A DNA stretch of 49,470 bases from Octopus bimaculoides (lineage: Eukaryota): the NCBI RefSeq assembly GCF_001194135.2, contig NC_068982.1, forward strand, positions 72,180,906 through 72,230,375. The letters are read 5' to 3'. Below the pieces are notes generated by a model that worked only from the letters and a program-made list of their open reading frames with translations, was not told where the DNA came from and made no database searches. Made by a program: the position numbers and the translations under genes. Of the stretch, positions 34,626 through 47,053 are shown one piece after another. Each line of letters begins with the position of its first letter. Within the stretch, counting starts at the first letter, position 1.

Positions 34626-37600
34626 CTGAAATGAATATATTACAAATTAATGTTATTTATCATTAAAGGATAATTAATAACCCCAAACTACATTATCATA
34701 ATTAAGATTAATACACCCTCAAATAATAAATGAAATCAAATTATCTATATTATAAAGGATTAATTAAATGACCTGTCAAGGCAAGTGAAATCATAGTTGT
34801 GGCTGATGCCGGTGTTACACAACTGGCACCCATGCCAGCAGCACATAAAAAGCACCCACTACACTCTTGGAGTGGTTGGAGTTAGGAAGGGCATCCAGTC
34901 ATAGAATCCATGCAAATCAGATTGGAACCTGGTACAGCTCCCCAGCTGCCCAGTTTTCAGTCAAACCATCCAATCCATGCCAGCATGGAAAACAGATGTT
35001 AAATGATGATGATGATTATGTGTATTAATTGTATATTTCATCATCATCATCGTCGTTTAACGTCCGCTTTCCATGCTAGCATGGGTTGGACGATTTGACT
35101 GAGGACTGGTGAACGAGATGGCTACACCAGGCTCCAATCTGATTTGGCAGAGTTTCTACAGCTGGATGCCCTTCCCCAAGCCAACCACTCAGAGAGTGTA
35201 GTGGGTGCTTTTACATGTCACCCTTTTATTATAATTTTTTGAAGGACTACAAAGGAAAAGAAAAGGGCTCACAAATTCAAATGATTGTCCATTGACAGAA
35301 AGCTGAAAAGACTGAATATCACAGGCCAGAGGAAAATAAGACAATGGCAGTGAGCTCCAGAGAAGCAGCAGTTCAAATGAAGAAGATATTAGAATAAAAG
35401 GACGTATTCTAGAATCTTGTTGCTTAGTGTTTGACATTACGAGCTAAACCAAACAGGGTACATTATATCATCATCATCATTTAATGTCCATATTCTATGT
35501 TGGGATTAGAGTCAAACAGTTCATCAGGATGCATTAGTCAGACAACTGTGTCTATTTTGGCAAATTTTCTACAGCTTGGTGTCGTTCCTAATACCAAACC
35601 ACTTTACAGAATGTACTGGGTGCAGTTTTTTTTTTCCATGGCACCAGCACTAATGAAGTCACAACATCATCATCATCATCGTCGTCGTCGTTTAACGTCC
35701 GCTTTCCATGCTAGCATGGGTTGGACGATTTGACTGAGGACTGGTGAAACCAGATGGCTACACCAGGCTCCAATCTGAATTGGCAGAGTTTCTACAGCTG
35801 GATGCCCAACGCCAACCACTCAGAGAGTGTAGTGGGTGCTTTTTACGTGCCACCGGCACAAAGGCCAGTCAGGCGGTACTGGCAATGGCCACGCTCAAAA
35901 TGGTGTATTTTGTGTGCCACCCACACAAGAGCCAGTCCAGGGGCACTGGCAACGATCTCGCTCGAAAGTCCTTACACATGCCGCGGGCACAAAAGAAATT
36001 CTAACAGCTCTCAAGGTATATATTAAAAGATTAAGTATAGTGACAATTTTTACCATTAAAATCGTGTTCTGAAATCTTAGTGGAGAAATATTGGACTCAT
36101 CAGTCCTGCTGATGAATTTCATAAATTTTCTTAGTCACGTTAAAAGAAAAATATCATCATCTTTTAATGTCTGTTTCCATGTTAGCATGGGTTGGATGGT
36201 TTGACAAGAGCTGGCCAGCTTGAGGGCGACCCAGGCTAAAACAAAACAAACAACAATGTCCACTTACCAAATATGAAATTATATTGAGCCAACTGAGCAT
36301 TGCGGATTTTCTTGTTCATGGTAGTACCAGGATCTAAATCTACATCACATATAAACCCAGCATCATGAATTTGTTTGCTCACCTGTAAGGGATTCACAGA
36401 GAAGAGTAAAAGCTATTAAAAATCTCCATTTTACATACACAATAATGATTGCATTCATAGACACAGAATCCAATATTTTTTCTTTACTAGAATGTATACT
36501 TAATGGTATACATCTGTGTTAACTTTTAAACACCATTTGTGTTCACTTCTCTATGTCATCGTACCTAACCATTTCTGGTAACCTACTGGTTGATGAGCCT
36601 TGATTAAGAATCCTCATAACTAAATATATATATATATAAATGAGAATGAGTGCTCAACACCACACTGGTGGATAAAATTTCTTTATTTATATATTAAGGT
36701 TACCATTAGTTTCATGTTAAGAAAATATCATTATGTCTTAACAATTTTTCGAGCAGACACCATTCCTCCATGTGATCAGCTTGCTTGAAAAATTGTTAAG
36801 ATATTTTCTTAACATGAAACCAATGGTAGCCTTAAACAAATATGTGCGTGTTTGTGTGTATATGTATATATACAGACACACTTGGAAATGGATGTGTCAC
36901 ATTCAATTCAATAATAAATAATATACATACACACTGTTGAGAAGCAATCTCTTAACCACACAACCAATTTGATACAACCCCAATAAGGTATATAAAGACC
37001 ATATGATGATACAACAGGAAGAAACAAGCATCTTATGGTTGTTTTAATAGAAAAAAAAACATTATAAAACCAAACTACACTTACGAGTTGAGCATAATCA
37101 TCAAATGGTGGGGCAACAGGAACAACAATGGACTGGCGTGGAGAAAGCCAGAAAGGCCTGGAGATAGAGAAATAGAGAGATTATAGAGTCATAGAGTCTG
37201 GTTATATTTAATTCACATAAACTTGTCTATTAAACAAGTCAAAGATAGAAAATTGAGATAACACACACACAATGACTTCTATAGTTTCCATCCAACAAAC
37301 CTGCTCACAAGGCATTGGTTAGCCTCGGACTATAGAAGATCCTTACCCAAGGTTCCACAAAGTGAAACTGAATTTGATAGCACTTGGTTCTGAGCAAACC
37401 TCTAAACCACACAGTCATTCCTCTAGCATAGATATATATATTCAAATTTTAGATAAGCAACATCATCATGATTATCATTTAATGTCTATCTTCCATGCTG
37501 GCATGGGTTGGACGGTTTGACCAGAGCTGGTAAGCTGAGGGACTATACCAGACTCCAGTCTTATTTGGCATGATTTCTACAGCTGGATGCTCTTCCTAAT

Positions 37601-40600
37601 GCCAACTACTCCGAGAGTGTAATCGGTGCTTTTATGTGCTAGTTGCGTGACACCAGTATCTGCCATGACTAGGATACCACTTAGCTTGATGGGTCTTGTA
37701 CTCAAGTATGGCATATTATTGAAGGTCTCGGTCATTTGTCATTGTCTCCATGAGATCCAACGCCTGAAAGGTGCTTGCTATGTAACTACACATGCTGTTG
37801 GCGATTTCTTTTCCTTCTTTCGACTTTTCCCTTTCTCCTTTCTGATGAAGAGCTATGCTCAAAACATCAAACTCTTTCTTTCCCCTTAGCATCAAGCTAA
37901 TACATTCCTTGTGCACATCCTCTTGTTGTCCATTAAGTTCATTATTTGTCTTAATTCTAATTGATTGTTCATTTGAATTGACTATATATATCAGGGACTG
38001 GCTGATAACACTGTGATATCCAAGGTGAATGATGAATTGTGGGATATCGAACGCCCACTGGAAAAAGATTGCACCATCAAGTTTTTAAAATTTGATGATG
38101 ATGAAGGTAAAAATATCTGGTTTATTTATCTAAACAATTTCACTGTAGTCACAATATTTAACCCTTTAACATTTAAACTGGCTTTATCCAACCCAAATAT
38201 TTTACCTGTTTTATGTCCAAACCAACCAGGTCTGGCCTCTTACACTTACCCTACAATGTTATTCTAAAAGTATATAGTCACATCATTGACATCTCANNNN
38301 NNNNNNNNNNNNNNNNNNNNNNNNNNNNNNNNNNNNNNNNNNNNNNNNNNNNNNNNNNNNNNNNNNNNNNNNNNNNNNNNNNNNNNNNNNNNNNNNNNNN
38401 TTACATTTTGACAGAATAATCTGATTGCTAAAGGGTTAAATACAAAAAACTTGTTTATCGTTGCCAGTGCCCATGGACTGGCTCTTGTGCGGGTGGCACA
38501 TAAAATGCACCATTTTGAGCGTGGCCGTTGCCAGTGCCGCCTGACTGGCCTTTGTGCGGGTGACACGTAAAAGCACCCACTACACTCTCTGAGTGGTTGG
38601 CGTTAGGAAGGGCATCCAGCTGTAGAAACTCTGCCAAATCAGATTGGAGCCTGGTGTAGCCATCTGGTTTCACCAGTCCTCAGTCAAATCGTCCAACCCA
38701 TGCTAGCATGGAAAGCGGACGTTAAACGATGATGATGATATATACATACATACACTCTCTCTCAAACCATAGAGAAATAATAAAGACAAACAATAGATTC
38801 TACATTTCTATGAATATATGTTGAGAGCAAGAGACAGATTTTATGTGTTCAGAACTATTTCTCTTGTCTGTCTATATAATAAGGGGGGAAAAAAATCAAG
38901 TTGCTTTCTGTCTTGTCTGATGAAGAGACATAAACAGTTGTTTGAAAGACTAGCCGAAGTTTGTGCTGAAACTAATAAGTTGCATCACAGACCTCTCAGA
39001 TATTTGTATCCTTTTTATTTCGTGTTAATAAAATGAATCTAATAATGTAGAACAGTTTTCCACAACCCTTTTTCACTTGTAGTACACTTATATTTTTTTT
39101 CAAACTTTGACAGCATGCTTGAACGAAAAACAAAAAGTAAAAGTATAGGGAAAAAAATTATATTCAGGTTACACTGCAGCAAAACTGTGTGCTGCAGCAT
39201 ACTGGTTGCGAAGCATTGATGTAGAAAATGCATAATAGATTTACATTTCAATATTGATAAAAAAAAGAAAAGAAAAACTCAAAGATGTTTTTGCTGCTTA
39301 CCATTTCCCGGCATAGTTTTCACAAAGGATAGCAATCATTCTCTCAACAGAACCAAAAATAGCACGATGGACAATCACAGGCGTTTTCTTGTCACCACCT
39401 TCTCCACTAGAAGATAATCAGAAGAAATGAGATGACATGATGTAGATTGTTGTTAAAAACTGGACCATATCAAACACAATACGAATTCAAAAATGCCAGG
39501 ACTTGTGCCTCAGTGGGTAACTTTCTAGGTGTAATCCCGTGGTCATTCATGACTGAAGGGCATCTTTATAATGAAAGGGTAAAATACTGTGTTCATGAAA
39601 AGAAAATCATTAACTCTTTCATGGGTGGGTAATTAAAAATACCCAAATTTACAAATTGTTAGAATTGGTAATTTTTATAACCAGAAACCCTCTCTTCTTT
39701 TAACCATATGGGACATTATGAGCTGAAGTTATGGTCAGTAGTCCAGTACCTTAACCCCACAAGCAGTGTTTCTAAAGTGCTTTAAATAATGAAAGTAACT
39801 TTGAAACATGAAAAAAGGGCAGGGTTTCTCAAACTAGGGTACATGTACCTCTAGAGGTATATGAGAGAAAATATAGTAGAATGTGAGGTTTGTGAAAACC
39901 CTGGAATTCTGAAGTAATCATGAGCTATAAAATGCAACTTGTGTGTCTAGAAAATGCATGGGAAACTTTTTGCAGTTCCCATTGACTTATCTCAAAAAAT
40001 GAAGTATTCAGCAATGTTTACAACGAAAAACAAACTTTGTATCAATTGAGAATGATATGTGGCATATCTCTCTGAGTCACTTGTTGGAGAGAGAGAAAGC
40101 CAAGATAATCCAACTCATTAAAAATGTAATATTAAATTAAATGAACTTATTTTTAATTAAATGTTACATATAGGGGAGGAAACAACTGAATGTATTAATT
40201 CCACACAGATGAAAGGTAAAGCTGACCACGGCACAAGGCTTGAAATTTTGGGGGTAGGGAACAATTAAATTGACTCCAGCATTCGATTGGTATTTTATTT
40301 TGACCTCTGAAGGATGAAAGGCAAAACTGAGAGTGGCAGGATTTGAACTCATCAACATTATTGTTTAACATTTGTTTTCCATGCTGGCCAGTTCAACAGG
40401 ATCCAACCAACCAGAGGGCTGTACCAAACCCCAATGTCTGCTTTAGCATGGTTTCTATGACAGAATGTCCTTCTTAATGCCAACCATTTTACAGAATTTA
40501 ATGGATGCATTTTTCACAAGACAAGACTCCTCAACTCTTTACATGAAATTAAATTAATAACTAACAATATATGTTTACTGTTTGTTCTATGGTATCCAAC

Positions 40601-42064
40601 CATTTTATACTGTTTTCTTCACATTGAGTACACTAACATTGTTGGAACGATGAAAGGGTATGCCATAAGAAATACTTTGCGAACCTCTAAATTAACCCAT
40701 CAGCATTTGAATTGTCCATATGTGGCCCAAATATTCCGTCTGTTTTATGTTCAAACTGGCCAGATTCGGCATTTCACACCTACCCTACAATTACGTTCTA
40801 AAAATAAACAATCACATCATCAAGATCAAGAAGCTACGAGATAATGCATGATTAATTCAAAATGATGTGAATGCATAAGCAGTGCATTTGATAGAGTAAT
40901 CTGAATGCTAAATGGTTAAGGAACAACTAAAGGAGTGTGGAAAAGATTTGGATAACAAATGCACAGATTGAAACCTACCTGATATAAGAGAGATTGAATC
41001 GAAGAGGTAACTGAAAGTCAAGCTGGATAGTAGCACATTGGTGCGGCCGCTGTAACGCATCCAAGATTGTGATGTCAATCTACAAAGCAGGATATAATGG
41101 TAATATTAGCCCAAGAATAAGGAACATAGTCAGTGATTAATAAGCAAGTGATTATCATCATCATCATCATTGTTTAACGTCCGCTTTCCATGCTAGCATG
41201 GGTTGGACGATTTGACTGAGGACTGGTGAACCAGATGGCCACACCAGGCTCCAATCTGATTTGGCAGAGTTTCTACAGCTGGATGCTCTTCCTAACGCCA
41301 ACCACTCCAAGAGTGTAGTGGGTGCTTTTACGTGTCACCCGCACGAAGGCCAATCAGGCGGTACTGGCAACGGCCACGCTCAAAATGGTGTATGTTATGT
41401 GCCACCTGCACAAGAGCCAGTCCAGGGGCACTGGCAACGATCTCGCTCGAAAATCCTTACACATGTCACGGGCACAAGTGCCAGAAAAGTGACGNNNNNN
41501 NNNNNNNNNNNNNNNNNNNNNNNNNNNNNNNNNNNNNNNNNNNNNNNNNNNNNNNNNNNNNNNNNNNNNNNNNNNNNNNNNNNNNNNNNNNNNNNNNNNN
41601 NNNNNNNNNNNNNNNNNNNNNNNNNNNNNNNNNNNNNNNNNNNNNNNNNNNNNNNNNNNNNNNNNNNNNNNNNNNNNNNNNNNNNNNNNNNNNNNNNNNN
41701 NNNNNNNNNNNNNNNNNNNNNNNNNNNNNNNNNNNNNNNNNNNNNNNNNNNNNNNNNNNNNNNNNNNNNNNNNNNNNNNNNNNNNNNNNNNNNNNNNNNN
41801 NNNNNNNNNNNNNNNNNNNNNNNNNNNNNNNNNNNNNNNNNNNNNNNNNNNNNNNNNNNNNNNNNNNNNNNNNNNNNNNNNNNNNNNNNNNNNNNNNNNN
41901 NNNNNNNNNNNNNNNNNNNNNNNNNNNNNNNNNNNNNNNNNNNNNNNNNNNNNNNNNNNNNNNNNNNNNNNNNNNNNNNNNNNNNNNNNNNNNNNNNNNN
42001 NNNNNNNNNNNNNNNNNNNNNNNNNNNNNNNNNNNNNNNNNNNNNNNNNNNNNNNNNNNNNNNN

Positions 42065-42101
<37 letters not shown>

Positions 42102-45100
42102 ATATATATATATATAGGGAGAATTCACAAAAAAACAAGTTGAAGACAGGTGGTGTAGAAAACAAACAGATGTATTAGTATAACGCTTGGGAATTGAAAA
42201 AGTCTTTAATGTTTCGAGCCTATGCTCTTCCACGGAAAGAAACACGGAGAGAAAAAAAATGTGTGTAGAGGTTAGCGATCTAACATGGCGAAAATCAAAT
42301 ATATATATATAGATGCATTAAACAACATATCAAGTAAACAACAACTGAGGTATAAAAACAATATATAAAGGATGTTAAACATTCAAATTAAATTATCATC
42401 ATCATCGTTTAACGTCCGCTTTCCATGCTAGCATGGGTTGGATGATTTGACTGAGGACTGGTGAAACCGGATGGCAACACCAGGCTCCAATCTGATTTGG
42501 CAGATTATCTAATATACTGTGTATGTGTGCATGTGCACATGTATATATGGAAGGTATGGGTTCATGCCCCATAAGCAGCCTTCAACTTTTTTTTCATCCA
42601 AAAGGTTTTCTTAGCCCAATATCAACATTGCTATTATTTATAGCTTTCCACTGTCAAAAAAATAACAAAACTGATTTACTTCCTGTCTCTCAGAGTTTCT
42701 AAATTCACATGAAGTAAACAATACACATGCAATTTCTTTCATACTTCATCCTGTGATATACCTGGTCCGCACATCATCACCATCATGTGTTCTGGGGTCA
42801 TTTGCAATTTTGAGATCTTTCAACACTAAGAAGACCTTCACTCTGAAAACTCTGACAGAGTCAGCACACCAACATCTTTACCTTAATGCTACCTCAGCCC
42901 TTAAAGGGGGAAGACATACATTTTTTTTTTAAGACCAAATATTACTGATACATCTGACCTAAATAAACTCAATAGTCAACCACAAAAGCAATAACCCATT
43001 TTTTTGGAATTCTTAACTTAAATTTTCGAAGACGAGACCAAATGAGAATACACTTTCTAATTCAATGGACATTATTTTCTATAAAGCTAATAATAGTTAT
43101 AGTTTGCCAATTAAACACATGCATTATATATTTGGTCTTTACTTCAGCTCTATTATTAGTATTATTTTAGTTTCTTTGTCAAAGCGCTTTCATCACACAT
43201 CCTGTGACCTCATCAGTGACTCTCTATCCCACATATCTCCTTTAGTTCTGCTTATTCCATTTTGTCTTTCTGCAGTCTTGCAAAACAAATACATAAAAAT
43301 GTAAATATAGTGGTAAAAAAAAAAAAAAAAAAAGGAAAAACTAATCTACATCACTCCAAAGTTTAATTATTATTTTCTAAGCGAAACAAAATCCTAAAAT
43401 GTGGCTTCTTACCTTCTCAGCTTCATTCCACATCTCCAGCGCTCCCATATACTTCTCAGGTCGGGTGGATAGTTTTAGGTTAAACATAAACCCAAATATA
43501 CCATAAATATTCTTCAAGAAGTCTAAACAACCACTGATTTCTTCTTTTATCTAGAAAAAAGTAACAATATATTAAGTCATTAAGTTGTTTACTGTAACAT
43601 ATAATCCTTTCTACTACAGGCACAAGGCCTGAAATTTGAGGGCAGGGGATAGTCAATTATATCGACCCCAGTGCTCAACTGGTACTTATTTTATCAAGGA
43701 TGAAAGGTAAAGTCAACCCTGGCGGAATTTGAACTCAGAACATGAAGACCAACGAAATGCTGCTAAGCATTTCACCCGGCATGCTAATGGTTCTGCCAGC
43801 TCACTGCCTTACAGTAATATATAATGACTACACATCAGAGAGAGTACACAACTTTGTTGGTAATGGGCCATCCAGGGTTTCAATATATGGCAAGGAACTA
43901 TTCACATTAGTATGTGTTCCCAGGGAAGACTTACTCTTATCGACTCATTTATTAATTTCAGGCTCTGGATGCTGGCCATGCTGGGGTACTGACTTGAAGA
44001 GTTTAGTCTAATAAATATATTTTAAACCTGGCATTTATTCTGACAAACCAACCCTATTGTAGTGTTAGTGAGGGAGAAACAAAGATTAAAACACACTCAT
44101 ACATATATACATGTACACATATGATGGGTTTCTACACAGTTTCCATCTACTAAATTCACTTGCAAGATACTGGCTGATCTAGGGGTATAGGTGAAAACAC
44201 TTGTCCAGGGTACCAAACAGTGGGACTGAAACCAAAACCATTTGGTTGCGAAGTTAACTACATCATACAGCCATACCTGCACCTTGTCAAGAAACGTTTA
44301 CATATCCCACATCCATCCTTTGAAGCCAACTCATCTTATTGGTTTTAGATCCATACCTGATCCTGTCGGCAAAATATATGGGCATCATCTTGTTGAAACC
44401 TCCTGACTCTCGTTAGGCCACTCAAAGCTCCAGACAGTTCATTTCGATGAAGGACACCAAAATCGGCAAGCCTGAGTGGTAGTTCTTTCCATGATCTTGG
44501 TCGATGATCAAACATCAAACTGCAAAAATATAAACAGATATATTAGCTTTGTAAAGTTACAGAAACTACTATTAAAAGTAATTTTTTTCTATTTTTTCTT
44601 TTATTCTTTTAACTGTTTAACCCATTACCTCCTATAATTCTATTAACTGGAATTTTTTTAATGAAACTTTGATTTCTAGCATAAAACAGCCTTAGAAACA
44701 CGCTGGAATGATCAAAATAACATTTTAAATAGAAATGAACGAGATATTGGGTGAAAAATTAGCAAACCGCATTTGAATATCAGAGAAATATACCTAGTAG
44801 ATATAGCAAAAAGGTTAGATATGTGTAAATATTGACAGATAATTACGAAATTTGTAATTTTTAAGTGATCTCATATGAGATCACTGGTAGGTAATGGGTT
44901 AAGTCACTGGACTGCACTCACACTAGGGCACTCCTTGAAGGCTTTTAGTCAAACAAATTGAACCCAAAGCTTTTATTTTAAGTTTAGAGTGGCTGTGTGA
45001 TTGAGAAGTTTGCTCCCCAACCAGATGGTTTTCAAAGTTCAGTTCCACTGTGTGGTACCCTGAACAAGTGTCTTCTCTTATAGCTCCAAGCTGACCAAAG

Positions 45101-45661
45101 CCTTGTGAATGGATCTGGCAGATGGAAACTAAAAGAAGCCTGTTGTATATATGTGTCTCTTTGACATCAAGTGATTGTTGTAAATGAATGTCAGTAATAT
45201 CCAATATTCTACTAAAATATGTCTGGCCATGGTGGAAATATTACCTTGTTTGGAAACAGGTGAAGGTTGGTGACAGGAAGGGCATCCAACCGTAGAAAAT
45301 CTGCCTCAATAAATTCCATCTGATCCAATGCAAGGATGGAGAAGTGGATGATGATGACAGCAAATAGGCAGTGGTTGTATATACACAAAAGAAATAGAAT
45401 GTATGTGTATGCACGATCTCAATTTGTTAACAAGTCCCTTGTCAAGCTTGCATGCAAAGGTAGGTTTTCACAAGAACAACATCACTCATAAAAATCACTA
45501 AATCAATTTGTCACCTCTTTTCAAGGATTCCATTCTGCATGTATTTTATTAGACGATGACCATGTCACAGTTTAAAGAACAATAACTTACCAATGGCCAG
45601 GGCAGTTCATTGGTTTCAGAGCAAATGTTTCTTTCTCAGATTGAAATGAGAACATATTCTC
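34477..45661 (-). CDS. TARS1: Threonyl-tRNA synthetase, cytoplasmic-type, 3' part (exons 45591-45661, 44357-44519, 43413-43550, [missing ~26 aa exon], 40979-41079, 39302-39406, 37085-37157, 36268-36382, 34477-34625); 5' exons not seen in window
   Basis: Hallmark ThrRS motifs: [112 protein letters not shown]...AEEKF*. GT-AG boundaries, phases consistent. Confidence 0.96.
36268..36382 (-). CDS. TARS1: TARS exon ([10 protein letters not shown]...AQYNFIF)
   Basis: tacag|GTG ... G|gtaagt; anticodon-binding domain. Confidence 0.95.
37085..37157 (-). CDS. TARS1: TARS exon ([24 protein letters not shown])
   Basis: tccag|G ... CTC|gtaagt. Confidence 0.95.
37995..38106 (+). CDS. Isolated ThrRS TGS-domain exon on the plus strand ([37 protein letters not shown]), antisense to the surrounding TARS gene
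   Basis: Open frame that matches the recalled eukaryotic ThrRS TGS segment ([19 protein letters not shown]). Bounded by atcag| and |gtaaaa. No other plus-strand ThrRS exon found by eye. Confidence 0.8.
39302..39406 (-). CDS. TARS1: TARS exon ([34 protein letters not shown])
   Basis: tctag|T ... TG|gtaag. Confidence 0.95.
40686..40918 (-). mobile_element. TTAA-flanked MITE (piggyBac-like ends). Related copies at about 22198-22419(+), 38158-38438(-), 45807-46004(+)
   Basis: Ends follow TTAACCC.T.AGCATT ... AATGCTAAA.GGTTAA; shared interior sequence; no ORF. Confidence 0.7.
40979..41079 (-). CDS. TARS1: TARS exon ([33 protein letters not shown])
   Basis: tgtag|ATT ... AG|gtagg. Confidence 0.95.
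41155..41494 (-). mobile_element. RTE 3'-tail copy. Further copies at about 15160-16530(-), 19597-19870(-), 27625-27805(-), 28200-28460(+), 34800-35015(+), 35037-35220(-), 35660-35985(-), 37465-37650(-), 38455-38740(+), 42395-42505(-), 46195-46345(-)
   Basis: Shared atcatcatcatcgtttaacgtccgctttccatgctagcatgggttggacg... sequence is the reverse complement of the LINE tail at 31550-31743. Confidence 0.88.
42119..42300 (-). mobile_element. Penelope-like terminal-repeat relic beside (TA)n; related relic at about 13198-13350
   Basis: Minus strand GAAGAGCATAGGCTCGAAAC hammerhead-like stem; abuts a TA microsatellite; similar sequence at 13200-13320. Confidence 0.45.
43413..43550 (-). CDS. TARS1: TARS exon ([13 protein letters not shown]...WNEAEK)
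   Basis: tctag|ATA ... AAG|gtaag. Confidence 0.95.
44357..44519 (-). CDS. TARS1: TARS exon ([10 protein letters not shown]...[11 protein letters not shown])
   Basis: tgcag|T ... CAG|gtatgg. Confidence 0.96.
44617..44902. mobile_element. Second TTAA-flanked MITE type
   Basis: TTAA|CCCATTACCT ... AGGTAATGGG|TTAA. Confidence 0.65.
45591..45661 (-). CDS. TARS1: TARS exon ([23 protein letters not shown])
   Basis: tacag|GAG ... TG|gtaagt. Confidence 0.95.
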
Positions 45662-47053
45662 CTGTAAAAATATACAAAACATATCAATGTATCAGTGTGA
45701 AAAAAAATATCGATGTCACATATTAAAGAAAAATATATAAACCCTGTCAGGTTGTTACTCCTATTACACTGAGAATTTCAGACTTGACACTTTCTAGAAT
45801 TACCAATTTAACTCTTCCACATTCAGATTACTCTAATAAATGTAATGCTTTTTACTCAAATTGTTTTGAATTAATCATTATCTGATAGCTTTGAGGCTTC
45901 AATGATGTGACTGTGAGGTGTGAGAGGCTGGATATGGCCAGTTTGAATGTAAAACACATAGAATATTTGGGCCAGATATGGCAGGTTTAAATGCTAAATG
46001 GTTAATGGAAATGCATGCTTGCATGGGTCAGATGGAATTTGCTGAAGCAGATTTTTTACACCCAGATGCCCTTTTGTGTCGCCAACCCTCATCTGTTTCC
46101 AAGAAAAGTAGCACCAGACAGAATTTTCATGGAAGATTAGAAACAAACAACCTCATTTGTATGGTGGTGATGCTCATTTACAACTACCATGTGATCATCA
46201 TCATCATCATCATCGTTTAACGTCCGCTTTCCATGCTAGCATGGGTTGGACGATTTGACTGAGGACTGGTGAAACCGGATGGCAACACCAGGCTCCAGTC
46301 TGATTTGGCAGAGTTTCTACAGCTGGATGCCCTTCCTAACGCCAACAAAATTACACACAAACATACAACAGGCTTCTTTCAGTTTCCATCATCCAAATAC
46401 ACTAACAGGGCTTTGCTTAGTCCAGAGCTATAGTAGAAGACATTTTCCCAAAATTCCACACAGTGAGACTGAACTTGAGACCATATGGTTATGATAGAAG
46501 GTTCTTAACCCCACAGCCATGCCTGTGGCCACATTAAAACCTGGTCGAATTAAGAATAAATCAGCCAGGCAGAATAAATATTTGTTGTCACTACAGTATT
46601 AGTTTGTTGGCTCAAAGATAAAGTATTCTTTAGTATTTCATTTAATTTAAATTTTTTTGTACTAGGAAGTAAAGCTGACTGTAACCAGACACATCTGGAG
46701 AGGAAAGAGCAAGGCATAGGATGTTCACAACTGCAGAAGTACCACAGGAATTAGAATATTCTGGCAAGGATGAAGGAAAATTCAACCAAATGTATTCTAA
46801 AAGACAGTTTAGAATCACTTGATGAGTATGGAAGTTTTGAAGGTTGAAGACAAAAAAAGGATATGGTGTTTATATTTTACAAACAGAAAGAGAAAACTAT
46901 GTACCACATAAAAAAAAAGACTAGCAGCACACCAAAGAGTAATACTGAAACTAGACTTGTCAATTTTAAGTAAGAGTCTAAATTTTTATATGTTTCTGTC
47001 CAATTCATTTTCCATCAAACTCTTTCTGTTTGTAGAATATATATGTTTTAAAG

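Noticed and set aside
42690-42790. Possible C/D snoRNA on the minus strand in a TARS intron (GTGATGA ... CTGA)
   Set aside because: No terminal stem and no recognisable rRNA-complementary guide; the boxes can arise by chance in GAT-rich sequence.
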